From NCBI GenBank assembly GCA_039096225.1, contig JBBPEB010000019.1, positions 356,344 through 420,343 of the forward strand: a DNA stretch of 64,000 bases, given 5' to 3'. Position numbers and translations under genes: made by a program. This DNA is from Blastocystis sp. Blastoise. Taxonomy: Eukaryota; Protista; Bigyra: Opalinata. Position 1 is the first letter of the stretch, and each line of letters opens with the position of its first letter. Of the stretch, positions 25,201-42,566 are shown one piece after another. The notes beneath the pieces were generated by a model. The model did not search any database. It was not told the DNA's origin and saw nothing but the letters and a program-made list of their open reading frames with translations.

Positions 25201-26146
25201 AGGAAGTAGTTTCATCCCTCTTCAGCCTGATCTATTTGGTGCTGAATTATATCCTATTTATACAATTCCTTCTCTTCCTAATAATATAAAGATTAATAAT
25301 GAGAATGGACTAATATATGGTACACCAGTAGAATTAGTGAATGACCGATATATAGTAATTATATCCAATCCTGCAGGTCAATCAAATGCTACTTTATATA
25401 TTAATATACATACATATTATTGTAAAGAAGATGGTTTATGGAAATCTACTGCAAAAGATGAAACAGTATATTTATTTTGTGGAAATAATCAAAAAGGAGT
25501 TATGACTCGTAAATGTATTGAACATTCAAATCATGAAATGATATGGTCAGATATATATACATATTACTGTCATTTCTATGAAGAAGAAGAAGAAACAAAA
25601 CCTGATATTTCTCATAGTTTCCTTTATATAACTTTAATTTTAGAAAATATTAATAAGACTTCTTTTGAAGATCCTTATACTTATGAGTCTTTTCGACTTC
25701 TTCTAGCTACTTATTTATATGATTATTATATATCTATAGATAATGTATATATATTGTCTATTCTCTCTATAAGGGATAAAGTAGTTTCAATACGTTTATT
25801 AATCAAAACAGAATATAAAGAAGCAGAGAATATATTTACTATATTAAAAGATTATATAGAAACTACTTCTGATAGTTTATTAAATGCATTACATCATAGT
25901 ACTATATCTTCACTTACTGCTATTACATATGCATATATATATTCAAATGATATTATTATTATTGATGGTTCTCAACAAGATATTATTTTTACTATACTTT
26001 GTAGTATTACTCTTTTATGTATATTCATTATATTCATGGTTATTTGCATATGTGGATATCAAATATGGTGGAGTTGCCCTCCTTTCTGTTACCGCCATCA
26101 TCCAATTCACAGAAAATTAAATGAACCACGAGTTGTACCCATGTAA
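19539..26146 (+). CDS. Large type I membrane/surface protein: signal peptide, discoidin(F5/8C)/galactose-binding-like domains, putative Ig-like repeats, Cys/Trp repeats, C-terminal TM helix
   Basis: 5' exons give a hydrophobic N-terminus (MKSQLSYSIFLICFIHICVSS); NLMDNNRDTYW...DPIQWSLYG and HPTSWKLEG discoidin-like motifs; PSLPYGL...LFGVPT and PSLPNNIKINNENGLIYGTP Ig-like repeats; CxxEDEWKQT/CKEDGLWKST repeats; TM IIFTILCSITLLCIFIIFMVICICG. 5' exon structure approximate. Confidence 0.75.
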
Positions 26147-26955
26147 AAATACTTTTATTTTTATATTTAATCATTTTTTTATATTTAATTATATTTATTT
26201 TTATTTAATTATATTTTTTATTATATTTATTTTTATATTTAATTATATTTGTTTTTATATTTATTATATTCATATTCATATTCATATATTAATATTTGTC
26301 ATATAACTACATTTTTAATATATAAATAATTTATATAACATTATTATTTTAAACTATATTTATATTACTTTTGTATTGTGAAGCAAAAATGTATCTATTA
26401 TATATAATATTTCATTCATTCAAATATTATATATTATTATTTTCTGGTATTTTATTTTAATCCATGCATATATATATATCATCATATATATGTTTGATTA
26501 ACTAATAATATCATTTTGTGTATATATATCTATTCTAGTTATAAAATATGATATTATTTGTTTGTTTATTCTCTAAAAGTTTATTTATAAATTCTTTTTA
26601 ATTTCTTTTATATTACAAAAAAAAAATTTCATTTAATTATAAACCAAACTAAAATAATAAATTGAGTTATAACTCTTAAAAAAACATATAAATATAAATA
26701 TATATCTTTAAAATAGATATGAAGTATACTAAATAATGTTAAACTATCTATAATGATATTGCATTATTATATGATAATAAAAAATGATAAAGTATAATAT
26801 CAAATCCATTTAAAGATTATATAAAGAATATTAATATATATATATATAAACATAAATAAAAAGTTTAAAAAATATTACATATAGAATAATAAAAATAAAT
26901 ATATAAATATATATGTATGTATAATATTATTTCTTGTTATTATAATTTAATTCTA

Positions 26956-29413
26956 TTATGCTTCATCAAGATCAGTAATAATTTCAAATATATGTTGTCC
27001 ATTAAAATGTTGAATTCTCTTTGTGGCATCACAAGATTCACATATATAGAAATTCGAACAAGTTAAACATTTGAAACGATAACCACGAATATATTGTTTA
27101 TCTAAAGATTTACTCTTTTGACAAAAAGAGCATTTAAATTCATGATTATGTTCTTGGTTAGGATCAATATTTGGAATAGTATTCTCAACTTGTTTAGTTT
27201 TATTATTAATAGTTAAGGGTGACTTATAATATTCAGCAGATTTCCAAGTAAATTTAGTACCACAACCATTTATAATCATATTTGTAGATTTATCTTCAAT
27301 TCCACACATAACAGCAAGTAAATTATTATTATTCACTTGTTTACGATGACATTTTGGACAGCATTTCATATTTTGTTGGCAATATAATTCATATTCAACA
27401 ACACGTTCTAATAATTGTTTTGATTCTGTAACCATATTTAAATATTCTGGGTTTTCAGTAAGTTGTTGTACTTTAGCTTTAGAAACCCCTCGACTTATAA
27501 GTCGATCTCTTCTACCTTGAATAGACCATAATAACCAATAAATACGATTCATTATATTCAAATCACAACTAAAAGGAGTATGAGAAGGACTTGATTGACA
27601 ATGAGAACAAAAGTTAATATGACATTTAGAACAAGTAATAGAAATAGCATGAATTACATCCTGTTCATTAATAGATATAAGATTATGGCATTGAGGATTT
27701 ACACAAGTATATGCATATTGATAAGAAATAGTAGTAGTAGTTGTAGTAGTTATAGGAACAGAAGGAGAAACAACTGATTCAGAAACACATCCATATAAAT
27801 CATCTTCATCATTAGTATTAGTATTAGTATTATTAGTATTATTATTAGTATTATTAGTATTATCTATGATATTATTATTATTATTAGTATTATTAGTATT
27901 ATTCATATTATTATTATTCATATTATTATTATTCATATTATTATTATTCATATTATTATTATTCATATTATTATTATTCATATTATTATTATTCATATTA
28001 TTATTATTCATATTATTATTATTATCAGTAGGAATAGATGGAGGTGGAGGTGTCATCATTGAAGAAGATACTACTGTAGGAGGAATAGAAGGAGTAGATA
28101 CTGTAGGAGGAATACTACATTGATATATAGTATTATAAACATTAACATATTCATCAATATTATTACTAGGATATAATGAACTTAAAATAGTTCTTACTGT
28201 TTCTGAATTTATACAATAATGGCAAGACTTATCTAAGCAGTATATAAGTTGTTGATGTTCAATACTATCATTAAATAATTCCATAAAACATACATTACAT
28301 ATCTTATGTTGTTTAGAACAACCAATATTAAATATTTCGCTACTATTTATATCGAAATGTTTATTACATTTTATACATATATTATTTTGTATTTTAGGTA
28401 ATGTAGGTAATGTGAGTAATGAGGATGATAAATTTAATTTTGGAGTAGTAATAGAAGGAGTTATTGATGATGAAGGAGAAGCAAATAAAGAAGAAGAAGA
28501 GGAATTAGGTGATACTAATGAAGAATTCATTTGTTGACTCATTTCTAATATAGTTATATTAGATTGATTAGGAGTATTATGTATAGATTGATTAGGAGTA
28601 TTATGTATAGATTGAGTAGGAGTAACTAAAGAAGGAGGAAGAGGAGGAGAAGGAGGAGTTATAGGTTGATTTGGAAGTGTTTCTAAAGGATTCATAGAAT
28701 GAGAAGGAATAGTATCCATTACAGGAGGATAGAAAACATTAGGAGCCATAGGAGCAGTAGGAGCAGTAGGTGCCATAGGAGCCATAGGAGCCATAGGAGC
28801 AACAGGTGCAACAGGTGCAACAGGTGCAACAGGTGCAACAGGTGCAACAGGTGCAACAGGTGCAACAGGAGCTATAGGAGAATTAGCGTCACTTGATTCA
28901 CTATTCTTCTTTTGACAATTGGCAATAATAGCAGCAAGACGTGGATTAAAAGAAGGTGTTTGTTGAGATGTAGAAAACGATTGTTTATTTGAAAGAATAG
29001 GTATATTATTTTGTTTAGATAGAGATGGAGTAGTAGCAACGTTAGTAATATGATTATTATCCATAGGAATAGCAGGGAGAGGAGAAGAAGAAGAAGAAGT
29101 ATGAAGAGTAGGAGGTTGTTGAAGTATAAAACGATCTTTTAATGATTTACTTGGAGTAACATTCGCATTTGAAGCATTATTGTCATTATTATTATTGGTA
29201 TTATTATTATTAGCATTAGGTTTATTACTGTTTTTATTATTATTACTAGTAGCATTTTTATTATTACTTTGTTGAGCACCTTGTTTAGCATCTAAAGTAG
29301 TCAAGAAACGAGAGAGATTCGATTGATTTAAAAAGGGTAATGAACCTTGTTTAGAATTATCTTGTTTATTATTATTAGCATTATTATTATTAATCTTATT
29401 ATTATTATTAATC

Positions 29414-29457
<44 letters not shown>

Positions 29458-29729
29458 TACAGAACTAGTAGAAATACGAGAATTAGGATTAGAAGCAGTT
29501 GAATTATTTTTTTGTTTATTTTGTTGTTGTTTACTTTTAAGAAGAGAACCAAGAGTAGTTGAAGGTACTTGTGAAATAGGTACAGATTTAGAAAGAGTAG
29601 TAGTAGAAGAAGCCATATTATTCTTTTGATTAATACTATTATTAAAAGGTATAGATGTATTAACAGGATTTGAATTATTAATACGAGGATAACCAAGAGG
29701 AGGAAGAGTCATAGAATTATTATTATTCA

Positions 29730-29765
<36 letters not shown>

Positions 29766-30390
29766 TAGGATTTGAAGGAAAAGAAGGATATGCAGGAATA
29801 GAATTATTATTATTCATATTCATAGGATTTGAAGGAAAAGAAGGATATCCAGCAGGAATAGGAATATTAGAATTATTTGACTTTGTATTCTTCTTATTAG
29901 AATTGGTATTCTTTTCTAATAATACATCCTTAATAATAGATATAACTTTACTATTTGAATATAAATCATCATCATCTTCATCATTCTTATATTTCTTATT
30001 CTGTTTCGTGTCAGCTTTAGATTTATTGTCAAATCTCTTAGAATCACCTTTCTTTCCATTCTTTGAAAATTTAGAATCACCATTATCTCTCTTATTACTA
30101 TCTTTCCATTTATTTTGATCTTCCCAATGCTTATACTTACGTTTGCCATATCCACTATTTACAAAAGATGCATAGAATTCATCCATATCTGTAATAAGTC
30201 TAGTATAAAGCTCTTCATTTTCAGGTAAACTGAGCCAAGCATCAATTTCATCTGGATGAAATAGGTTCATCCCATAAAAGTATGCCTGAAGGTTTTGTCC
30301 TTGAGCTAAATATTAAAAATATAGTAGCCAAAGTGAAATGGAAAAGTAAATAAGAAAAATACTCATATCAGGTCTACTACCGGGAAACAT
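26956..30390 (-). CDS. RBR-like protein (RING1-IBR-degenerate RING2) with C-terminal ZZ zinc finger and low-complexity N-terminal half
   Basis: Exon 1 (30390-30363, MFPGSRPDM) splices in frame to 30305; CIKC...[11 protein letters not shown]...CLDKSC, CVNPQC...[12 protein letters not shown]...H...C, CCPKC...[14 protein letters not shown]...[18 protein letters not shown]. Confidence 0.85.
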
Positions 30391-30705
30391 ATCGATAAAT
30401 AACAAAAATCAAAAGAGACTAAGAGTACTCGATATTATATATTAACCAAATACTTGGAAAATAAAATGAAGATGTTCAATGAAAAACAGAAGTAACTCTT
30501 TTCTTTTAATTAAAGAATTGAACAATGTACCGACTAATTGCGAGTTTTTACAGAAATTCCCAATTAATTCATAATAAATCATGATTTTTTTATAGACATC
30601 ATTTTGAGAAATAATCTTGAAAAAACGATTGTTTTCTTTTTTTTTAAGTTTGTTGTTTCTCGCTTCTATTCATTATCTATAGTTTTACTAAGTATATTTT
30701 GAAAA

Positions 30706-31294
30706 ATGGAAGACAGTGAGAGTTGTAACAAATCTAAACAATGTAATTTAATATGTTTTTTTCCAAATTATTGTTGAATAGTACAAGAATTGAATCAAGC
30801 ACATTTATATATTCTCTTCCATGAGATGGTAGACAAAATCGTTAGAATAAAAGTATTTTTTATACTCTTTTTTCATTTTATATAACAATTTGTTTTGTTT
30901 TTTCACATATATCTTATATAGACAATTGATGGAACTGTTTATAGAGGTCAACTGCATACAATACATATTGATGAAATGCATTATGTCTTGAAAAACCCTG
31001 TTATTGAAGTATTATTGTTTTTTTCTGTTTTTTTTTTTTGAACTCTCATTTCTTTGCTATTTATTATTTTTAATATTAATTTATATATCAAAGTATATCC
31101 TTATTATATATATATTATATGTATATATATAGAGATCTCTTTCAAAGCGAGTATCACCTCCGTACGATAAATACCTTGTTATTCCTTCAAATCAAATAGC
31201 GAATTTATCTATATATGATGTGGATACTCTTTCTGCAGAGAACGAAATTACTCTCCAAACATCAGAAACACGAGAAGACGATATAAATAATTAA
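30706..31294 (+). CDS. Small Sm/LSm-fold protein, ataxin-2/Pbp1 (SM-ATX)-like, 4 exons; absent from the ORF track
   Basis: Spliced product MEDSESCNKSKQLQELNQAHLYILFHEMVDKIVRIKTIDGTVYRGQLHTIHIDEMHYVLKNPV...YLVIPSNQIANLSIYDV...; Sm1/Sm2 pattern; all junctions GT-AG and in frame. Confidence 0.7.
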
Positions 31295-31680
31295 TTTATA
31301 TATATATATATATGACTTTTTATGTCACTTTTCCTTTAATAATATGTATTTTTTTTTTTAAATATTTTCTCATTCTTTTCACTTTTTCATTTAATTTTTA
31401 TAAAATCTTGTAATTCAAGCTATTCAATATAATATCGAAATTCTTATATACAAGTAATATTAAGAATTATTAGTTTACTTTTTTTCTCTTTTTTAAATGG
31501 TTTCATGTTTCAGCATATATCGTTTTTATTGATATATTTTTTTCCTAATTATTGTTGTTATTTTTGTTATCTTAAAAGACAAAACATGTATAAACAATTT
31601 TATAATTAATATAATACCCAAGTAATGAATCGTGATAAAAAAGAAGAAAAGAATATAATAAATATATTTATATAGCTTTA

Positions 31681-32136
31681 TTAGAAGCCAAGATCTTCCA
31701 AGTACTTTCTGATTTCATGATTAAAAGATCCATTCACTTCTAAGCTTCCCTTTCGCACTTGAACTTCTGCACCTTCACAAACTTTCTTTAATTCTTGAGC
31801 CAAAATAATAGGATCACCTCTAATTCTTCTAACAATAGTGTTGTGAATACCAGGATTATGGATTTCTAATAAAACAGTAAACAATAGCAAAAATGAAAAT
31901 GAATACCTGTGTAAACTGGAAGATTCTTTGATAACTTAGTTCTTGTGACCTATAGAATTATTGTATTCAATAATGATCAATAATCATACTGAAAAAGGAA
32001 GTTGATCGCCTTGTTTATAGGCTAATGGTGACATCACAACAGGTTTTTTAGCAATACGTTTGTTAAAATTAGTCAGATTCTTCAACGAGTTGTTAGATGG
32101 ACGATTACTTCTTAATATTTTGGCAACAGCTTCCAT
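31681..32136 (-). CDS. MRPL49: Mitochondrial ribosomal protein mL49 (Img2)
   Basis: LPFSVTRTKLSKNLPVYT...TIVRRIRGD...LEVNG...IRKYLEDLGF*, 3 exons. Confidence 0.88.
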
Positions 32137-32386
32137 TTAAGATATTTCTAAATAGAATAAGGAATATAGGAATAAGTAGAATATCAATCTAATTATTTTT
32201 ATGTAATAATATATAAAATAAAATAAATACGATCAAAGTAATAATAGATAAAGAAAACAACAATATGAAAGAAGATGGTTTATTCAATTAATCTTGGGAA
32301 ATAATGTTTGGTAAGTAGAAAAATTTAAAATTTTTGTTAAACGACTACTATTCCTCAAAAGACGTCTATATTATTGATATACTTAA

Positions 32387-37099
<4,713 letters not shown>

Positions 37100-37587
37100 A
37101 TAATGAATACTCTATTATTATATGAATTCTTCTTCTTTTTTACTGTGCTTTTTATTTTTTTAATTTTTTTAATTTTTTAATTTTTTCCTTTTTTTGACAT
37201 TTCTGTATTATATTATTCAAAAACAATAGTTTCAATCTTTATTTTTGTTATTTAATATTTTCACTTTTTATTTATATATTTATTTTTTTCTTTTTCCATG
37301 ATGGCTTTTTTATAACTATATTTTCTGTATTATTTTTCATAATCATATTCTAATATATTATTTATAAATGTAATATGATTATTTTATGATAATAAATAAT
37401 TGAAAACAATATTTGTGTTTAAAAATACTATTACAATTATCCAATCTCTCGTCCAAGTGAATTCTCAAATTTTATTTTTTCAACCTATAAATTCAAGTTT
37501 GAGATAATCATTGTATAGATAGTACAAATCATTTCTAGACAACATTAGTAACACTTTCGAATAGCAATATCTATTTTTTTAGAATAA

Positions 37588-38635
37588 ATGTATTTTTTTG
37601 ATTGTACAATTGCATCATATATTGCTTGGATACTTACTGGACTAGCCATTCCTATATTTTTAATCCTTCTCTTCGTTCCTGCATGGTATGGAAGATATAC
37701 AAATATGTCAGAATCAAAATGTCATATCAACTTAGGTTCTTTAAGTCCAAGATTGTCATGGATTCTTCAAGAATGTCCTTCATTCTTTATTCCTTTATTT
37801 GGTCTAATTTATGGAATAATAGAAAATAGTATTGATATTCATGGTTGTATTATGATCATTATGTTCATGACTCATTATGTAAATAGGTATTTCATCATCT
37901 TTACATTGTTTCATATTTTCATATTTTTTTAATTGTGTATTTCTTTAGATCATTTATTTATCCATTTCGTATCAAAAGTACTCACAGAGTCCCAACCGAA
38001 ATATTTTTGATGGCAGTCACTTTCTGTTTATTAAATGGATATATTCAAGCATCTTATTATATTACTTCATGTGCACCATGGTCAAATACATTGTTTAAAG
38101 ATATATGTTTCCTTCTTGGATTTCTTTTATTCATTATTGGAATGACTATAAATATATATTCTGACAATGAACTTATTTCTTTGAGACAATCTTCTGAAGG
38201 TGAATATTTGATACCTCAAAAAGGATTATTTCAATATATTTCAGGTGCTAATTATTTTGGTGAATGTATCGAATGGTTTGGATATGCTATTGCCTCTTGG
38301 AATCTAGCAGGTAAATATATATATATATTGTTATGTTTATGTTTTTTATCTTTCTGATTATTTCATATTCGAATTGATATTTTTTTTATATAATTCTTTT
38401 TTATTATTATTTATAAATATTATTTATAAATATTATTTATAAATATTATTTATTAAATATTATTTATTAAACATTATTTATTATATATAATACTTTTTCT
38501 ATAGGTTTATCATTTGCTGTATTTACGATAGCTAATATAGGTCCAAGAGCATTAAAACATCATCAATATTATAAAGATCACTTTGGAAACTCATATCCTA
38601 CGGATAGAAAAGCATTAATTCCTTTTATCCTTTAA
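37588..38635 (+). CDS. 3-oxo-5-alpha-steroid 4-dehydrogenase (SRD5A1/DET2 family), 3 exons
   Basis: PAWYGRY, WILQECPSF, HYVNRSFIYP, NIYSDNELISLR, YLIPQKGLFQYISGANYFGECIEWFGYA, GPRALKHHQYY, RKALIPFIL. Confidence 0.93.
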
Positions 38636-38894
38636 TTTTATCTTCTTCTAATTATATATATTATAATGATTCTTCACTTATTAGTAAATAAACTGGAATA
38701 TGTTTTATATATCATTTTCTACTTTTTTTTTTTATTTATTTGTATGTATTGTTGTTTCATTTATTTCCCTCTACAAAACAAATCAGTTAATTATTGTATT
38801 CATCTACTGAATAAAACAGAATAATAAAAATATATCACATTCATGATTTAGTTATAGAGAAATACCAAATACAATTTTGAATTATTATTTCCCG

Positions 38895-39200
38895 TTATTC
38901 ACGAACTTCTACATTCATTTGTGCATTCTGTTTGTGTTCATAATCAATAATTATTTGATCAAAGAATTGTTTATGTACCAAAGAATGAAAGAAATCCATT
39001 GAAGATATATATCGGTTGTTCTTATTACGAATATAGAATGGAGTAGATGAAAAAACGATACCAGTCAATCCACACACAACATAAAATGCTTTTATATGAG
39101 CAACAGTCATCAGTTTAGGCACATAGAATATAATAATACCATTTGAATTACTTATAATCTTAAAAATCAGTTTCTATAAGGATATATATTTGTGTTCCAT
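38895..39200 (-). CDS. Small hypothetical single-pass membrane protein; start uncertain (39110 or spliced from 39200)
   Basis: Coding-like ORF with one hydrophobic segment AFYVVCGLTGIVFSSTPFYI. Confidence 0.45.
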
Positions 39201-39373
39201 TTCTAGGATTCTATTTTTTATTTTGTGATGTTTCAATAAAAATATAAATAAACAAAACAAAAGCTATGAAAAGTCAATCATTATCGCTATTTAATGATTG
39301 TAAATATAATATTCTTAATAAAATAAAAATCAAAAAAAAAATATCAAAAATAAAATTAATTCAAATTGAGTAC

Positions 39374-40144
39374 TTAAAATTGATAAGTATATACACTTTC
39401 ATCCACAGAGATAGTAACTGTAGCATTGACAGGTTCTTCCATAACAATAGTGACTTTAGTTCCATCAATAGGTTTAGCATAATAACGAACAAATTTATCT
39501 TCGTTAAGAACTACAGAATATTGGAAAGAAGCAATTTTTCCAAAAACAAGATGTTTACTAAAATCAATAGTATATTCCTTAGATTGTTCTAAAGTAAGTT
39601 TTTGAGTTAATTGAGTTTGACGAATATCATAATTCTTAGTACCAGCAAATTGTTCAATAATATAACAATCACGGATTTCTCCAAAAGAACCATGAGATAA
39701 ATCGACATCAATAGTAACACCATTAGAGCCACCATATAAAGAACGTTCAATAGCAAAGCCACGTACATCTTGTTTACCTTCAGGAGCTAAAATAAGATGA
39801 GCATAATACCAGAAAGTATCTAAAATAATATTATTTTCAAACTTTTTTACAATAGCAGTATTCCAATCTAAATAGCAATTTAATAATCTATTAGCACCAC
39901 CATTAACGATGATACCATAACCTCCACACCAAGTATGAACACCTCTTAAGAGATTAGCTCCACCATTAATTTCAACACCATTCTTAGACCAGAAGAAAAT
40001 AACATCATTTAAGAAATGGTCATTACCATGAATAATAACACCAGTACCAGTAGCATCACCCTTCTTAGGTCCATTTTCATAATAGAATTCACCAAACCAA
40101 CCTTGATGAATCATAGTTTCATGTCCACCTTCACTGGTAGGCAT
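39374..40144 (-). pseudogene. C-terminal half of a QRT3-like polygalacturonase / pectin-lyase-fold (beta-helix) protein, 5'-truncated
   Basis: GGHETMI, GNDHFLNDVIFF, GANLLRGVHTW, RLLNCYLD, IDFSKHLVF...QYS parallel QRT3 blocks (recalled); intronless; homology starts at the CACTG junction at 40131/40132. Confidence 0.7.
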
Positions 40145-41107
40145 TTTTCATGGGACTAAAAATAAGACAAACTAGAAATTGTTGCTAAATATTTTTAAGA
40201 CTGTTTCAGATTTATAGAATTTCTATGTTCTTTCATAAAATATGATTAGTTTGTTAATGATTTTTAACCAATAAAATAATGAAAATAGTCCAATAGTATT
40301 ATCACGATTTTTCTGGAAAATTATTGCTAACGATAATATATAATTTTTCCAGAATTCTATAGAATATTCTTTAAAAGAGTTATTAATTAAAAAAATAGTT
40401 TTTTTTTAGTTTTAATATACATCAATATAAACATTAGTAAAAACAAACAAAACAATGATTTATGACTAAAATTTATAATAACAACAATTTTTTGTTAAAG
40501 AACTTTACATAACTCATATTTAGTTAACATATAAAAGAAATATTAATCAACTATATAAATAAAAATAAGAATGAATAGAAATAGTAATAGTATATCATAC
40601 AATAATAAATATATATATACAATTAAAGGCACTTCTCATATTATTGTGGAAGAAAAACTGATCTATAAATTATATGAAATAAATAATGTATAGAAATATT
40701 TAATATATATATATATATACATAGAATAGATTCAACTGAATGTAACAGGCAATTAGACAATCAAAAAGAATCTATATAAAATGAATTAATAAAATAAATG
40801 AAAAGATATATACTCAAAATGCTTCATATTTATTAATTGTAATAAATCTATATAAAAATAATGAAAACTAGTATATATATATAATACATACATTTTAAAT
40901 ATATTATTATAATAAATGAATAAGTTTTTAAGGATCTAAGAATTCATGACGTCATAACTAATGTATATTTCATTACTATATAAAGATAATTATAAATAAA
41001 GAAAATATTTTATAGTATAATATAATATACAAAACCTAAAAGAATAATAATAATAAAATATAAAACAATTTATATCTTAAATATATATGAGATTCAACTG
41101 CGTCAAC

Positions 41108-42045
41108 TTATTTTAAATTTTTATAAAATAAAGAAACAATAATAAAATAAATAGCCAATAGGATATACTTGTGAATGACGAAGACTGTGTTCCATAAGTT
41201 TGTCATAAATATTCTGCAATCTTTCGATGACTACGTAATTTGTTTTATACGCATACGTAGTTTTATCAAAAAAATCTGGATTCCTTTTCCATTGCAAAGC
41301 CTATATATGATAATTCATCTAAATTTTTGTGTTAATATAGAATATATAATACATACCAAAAAATCACTTCTTATTTTTTTTTTATCTTCTACTTTATATC
41401 CATCTTTATCTAGTAATAAAAACCCAAAGGAAGATGCAAAGTCTCCATGAGTCTTTTTATCATAAAGAGATTTTTTCACACATCTAATAATATCGTAATC
41501 ACTTAGTGATTCGACATTTTTATATTGACACATATAATCCTTTACTATTTTTAAAATAATATCCAATAATTTATTTTCATCATCAAGAAGTGTTTTACCA
41601 TTATTTTGAATAAACATATTCTTTGCATCTATTAAGTCTCCTTCATTAATAACATAGGGTATGTATTTTAAGCAATTCTATAAATTTTTAATAGAGATTA
41701 TAGTAGTGAAGTCTAATATATAAGAGTATAATATACCTTTATTTGTTTTGTCGAAGCTTTATTAGCTGACACATTTATATTTCTTTTGAGAGCTTCTTTC
41801 CGAAAGAATGTTTCCATGTCATATGTCAAATAATGACATTTTTTAGTTTCTAAAAATGTAATATAATTAATAATTAATATACTTAACATTTCAGGATATA
41901 GTATCGAACGATAAAACTCATGAAAAGCTCCAAACAGTTTCAATTTAAATTTCTTTACTCTTTCAATATCATTTTTTTTTGCAGTATTTCTATAATTCCC
42001 AGTATAAACATTATATAAAATAGTTTTATGTTACTTTTGTTGCAT
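41108..42045 (-). CDS. Orphan multi-exon protein inside the putative CACTG element; 3' end uncertain
   Basis: ATG at 42045 and GT-AG exons join MQQKNTAKKND...KLFGAFHEFYRS..., ETKKCHYLTYD..., NCLKYIPYVINEGD..., ALQWKRNPDFF...; no recognisable motif. Confidence 0.55.
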
Positions 42046-42474
42046 GGTTAACGATAAGTTAAAGATAAAAAAATATATCTTTTTTTATTTATTTTTCTAT
42101 TGTTTGTCTTAAAACAAATATAATAATTTTATTAAAATATATTTTATTTATATTTATGTAATATATTTATTTCTGTAAATCTTATAATTGATGATCTTGT
42201 TGCAAAAATTGGTTTATCAAACAAAAAGAAAATTATACAATTTTGTATTATTAATAATATACTTAATATACAGGATATAGATAAGAACAACGTTAATATG
42301 TTTCTTAGTATTTAAATGAGATATTCAATTAAGAAGATGATAATATTAATAGTATACAAACTATCATTTATAATATTATTTTCATTTGAAAACTATATAA
42401 GTTAAAATAAATTATATAAATAATCAATCTAAATTAGAAATAAAAATGAGAGGAAGAATTACTATAATAAAAGG

Positions 42475-42477
<3 letters not shown>

Positions 42478-42513
<36 letters not shown>
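42478..42513. repeat. (TA)n microsatellite, Helitron target site
   Basis: Pure TA run abutting the CTAG terminus. Confidence 0.9.
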
Positions 42514-42514
<1 letters not shown>

Positions 42515-42520
42515 TAGGGT

Positions 42521-42566
42521 AACGCCGCTGGCGCACCGCCTAACGGCGACGCGCCGCGGCTGCGTT
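42521..42566 (-). terminator. Helitron 3' subterminal hairpin (rolling-circle termination signal)
   Basis: Minus strand AACGCAGCCGCGGCGCGTCGCC-GTTA-GGCGGTGCGCCAGCGGCGTT, 7 nt before the end; repeated at 54603-54648. Confidence 0.9.

Larger units (their letters stand above)
40132..42513. mobile_element. Putative left arm of a CACTA/CACTG-type (CMC) DNA transposon, interrupted by the Helitron stack
   Basis: CACTGGTAGGCATTTTTCATGGGAC starts exactly where QRT3-like homology stops; subterminal inverted repeat 40311-40354; no second TIR or transposase in the window. Confidence 0.45.
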
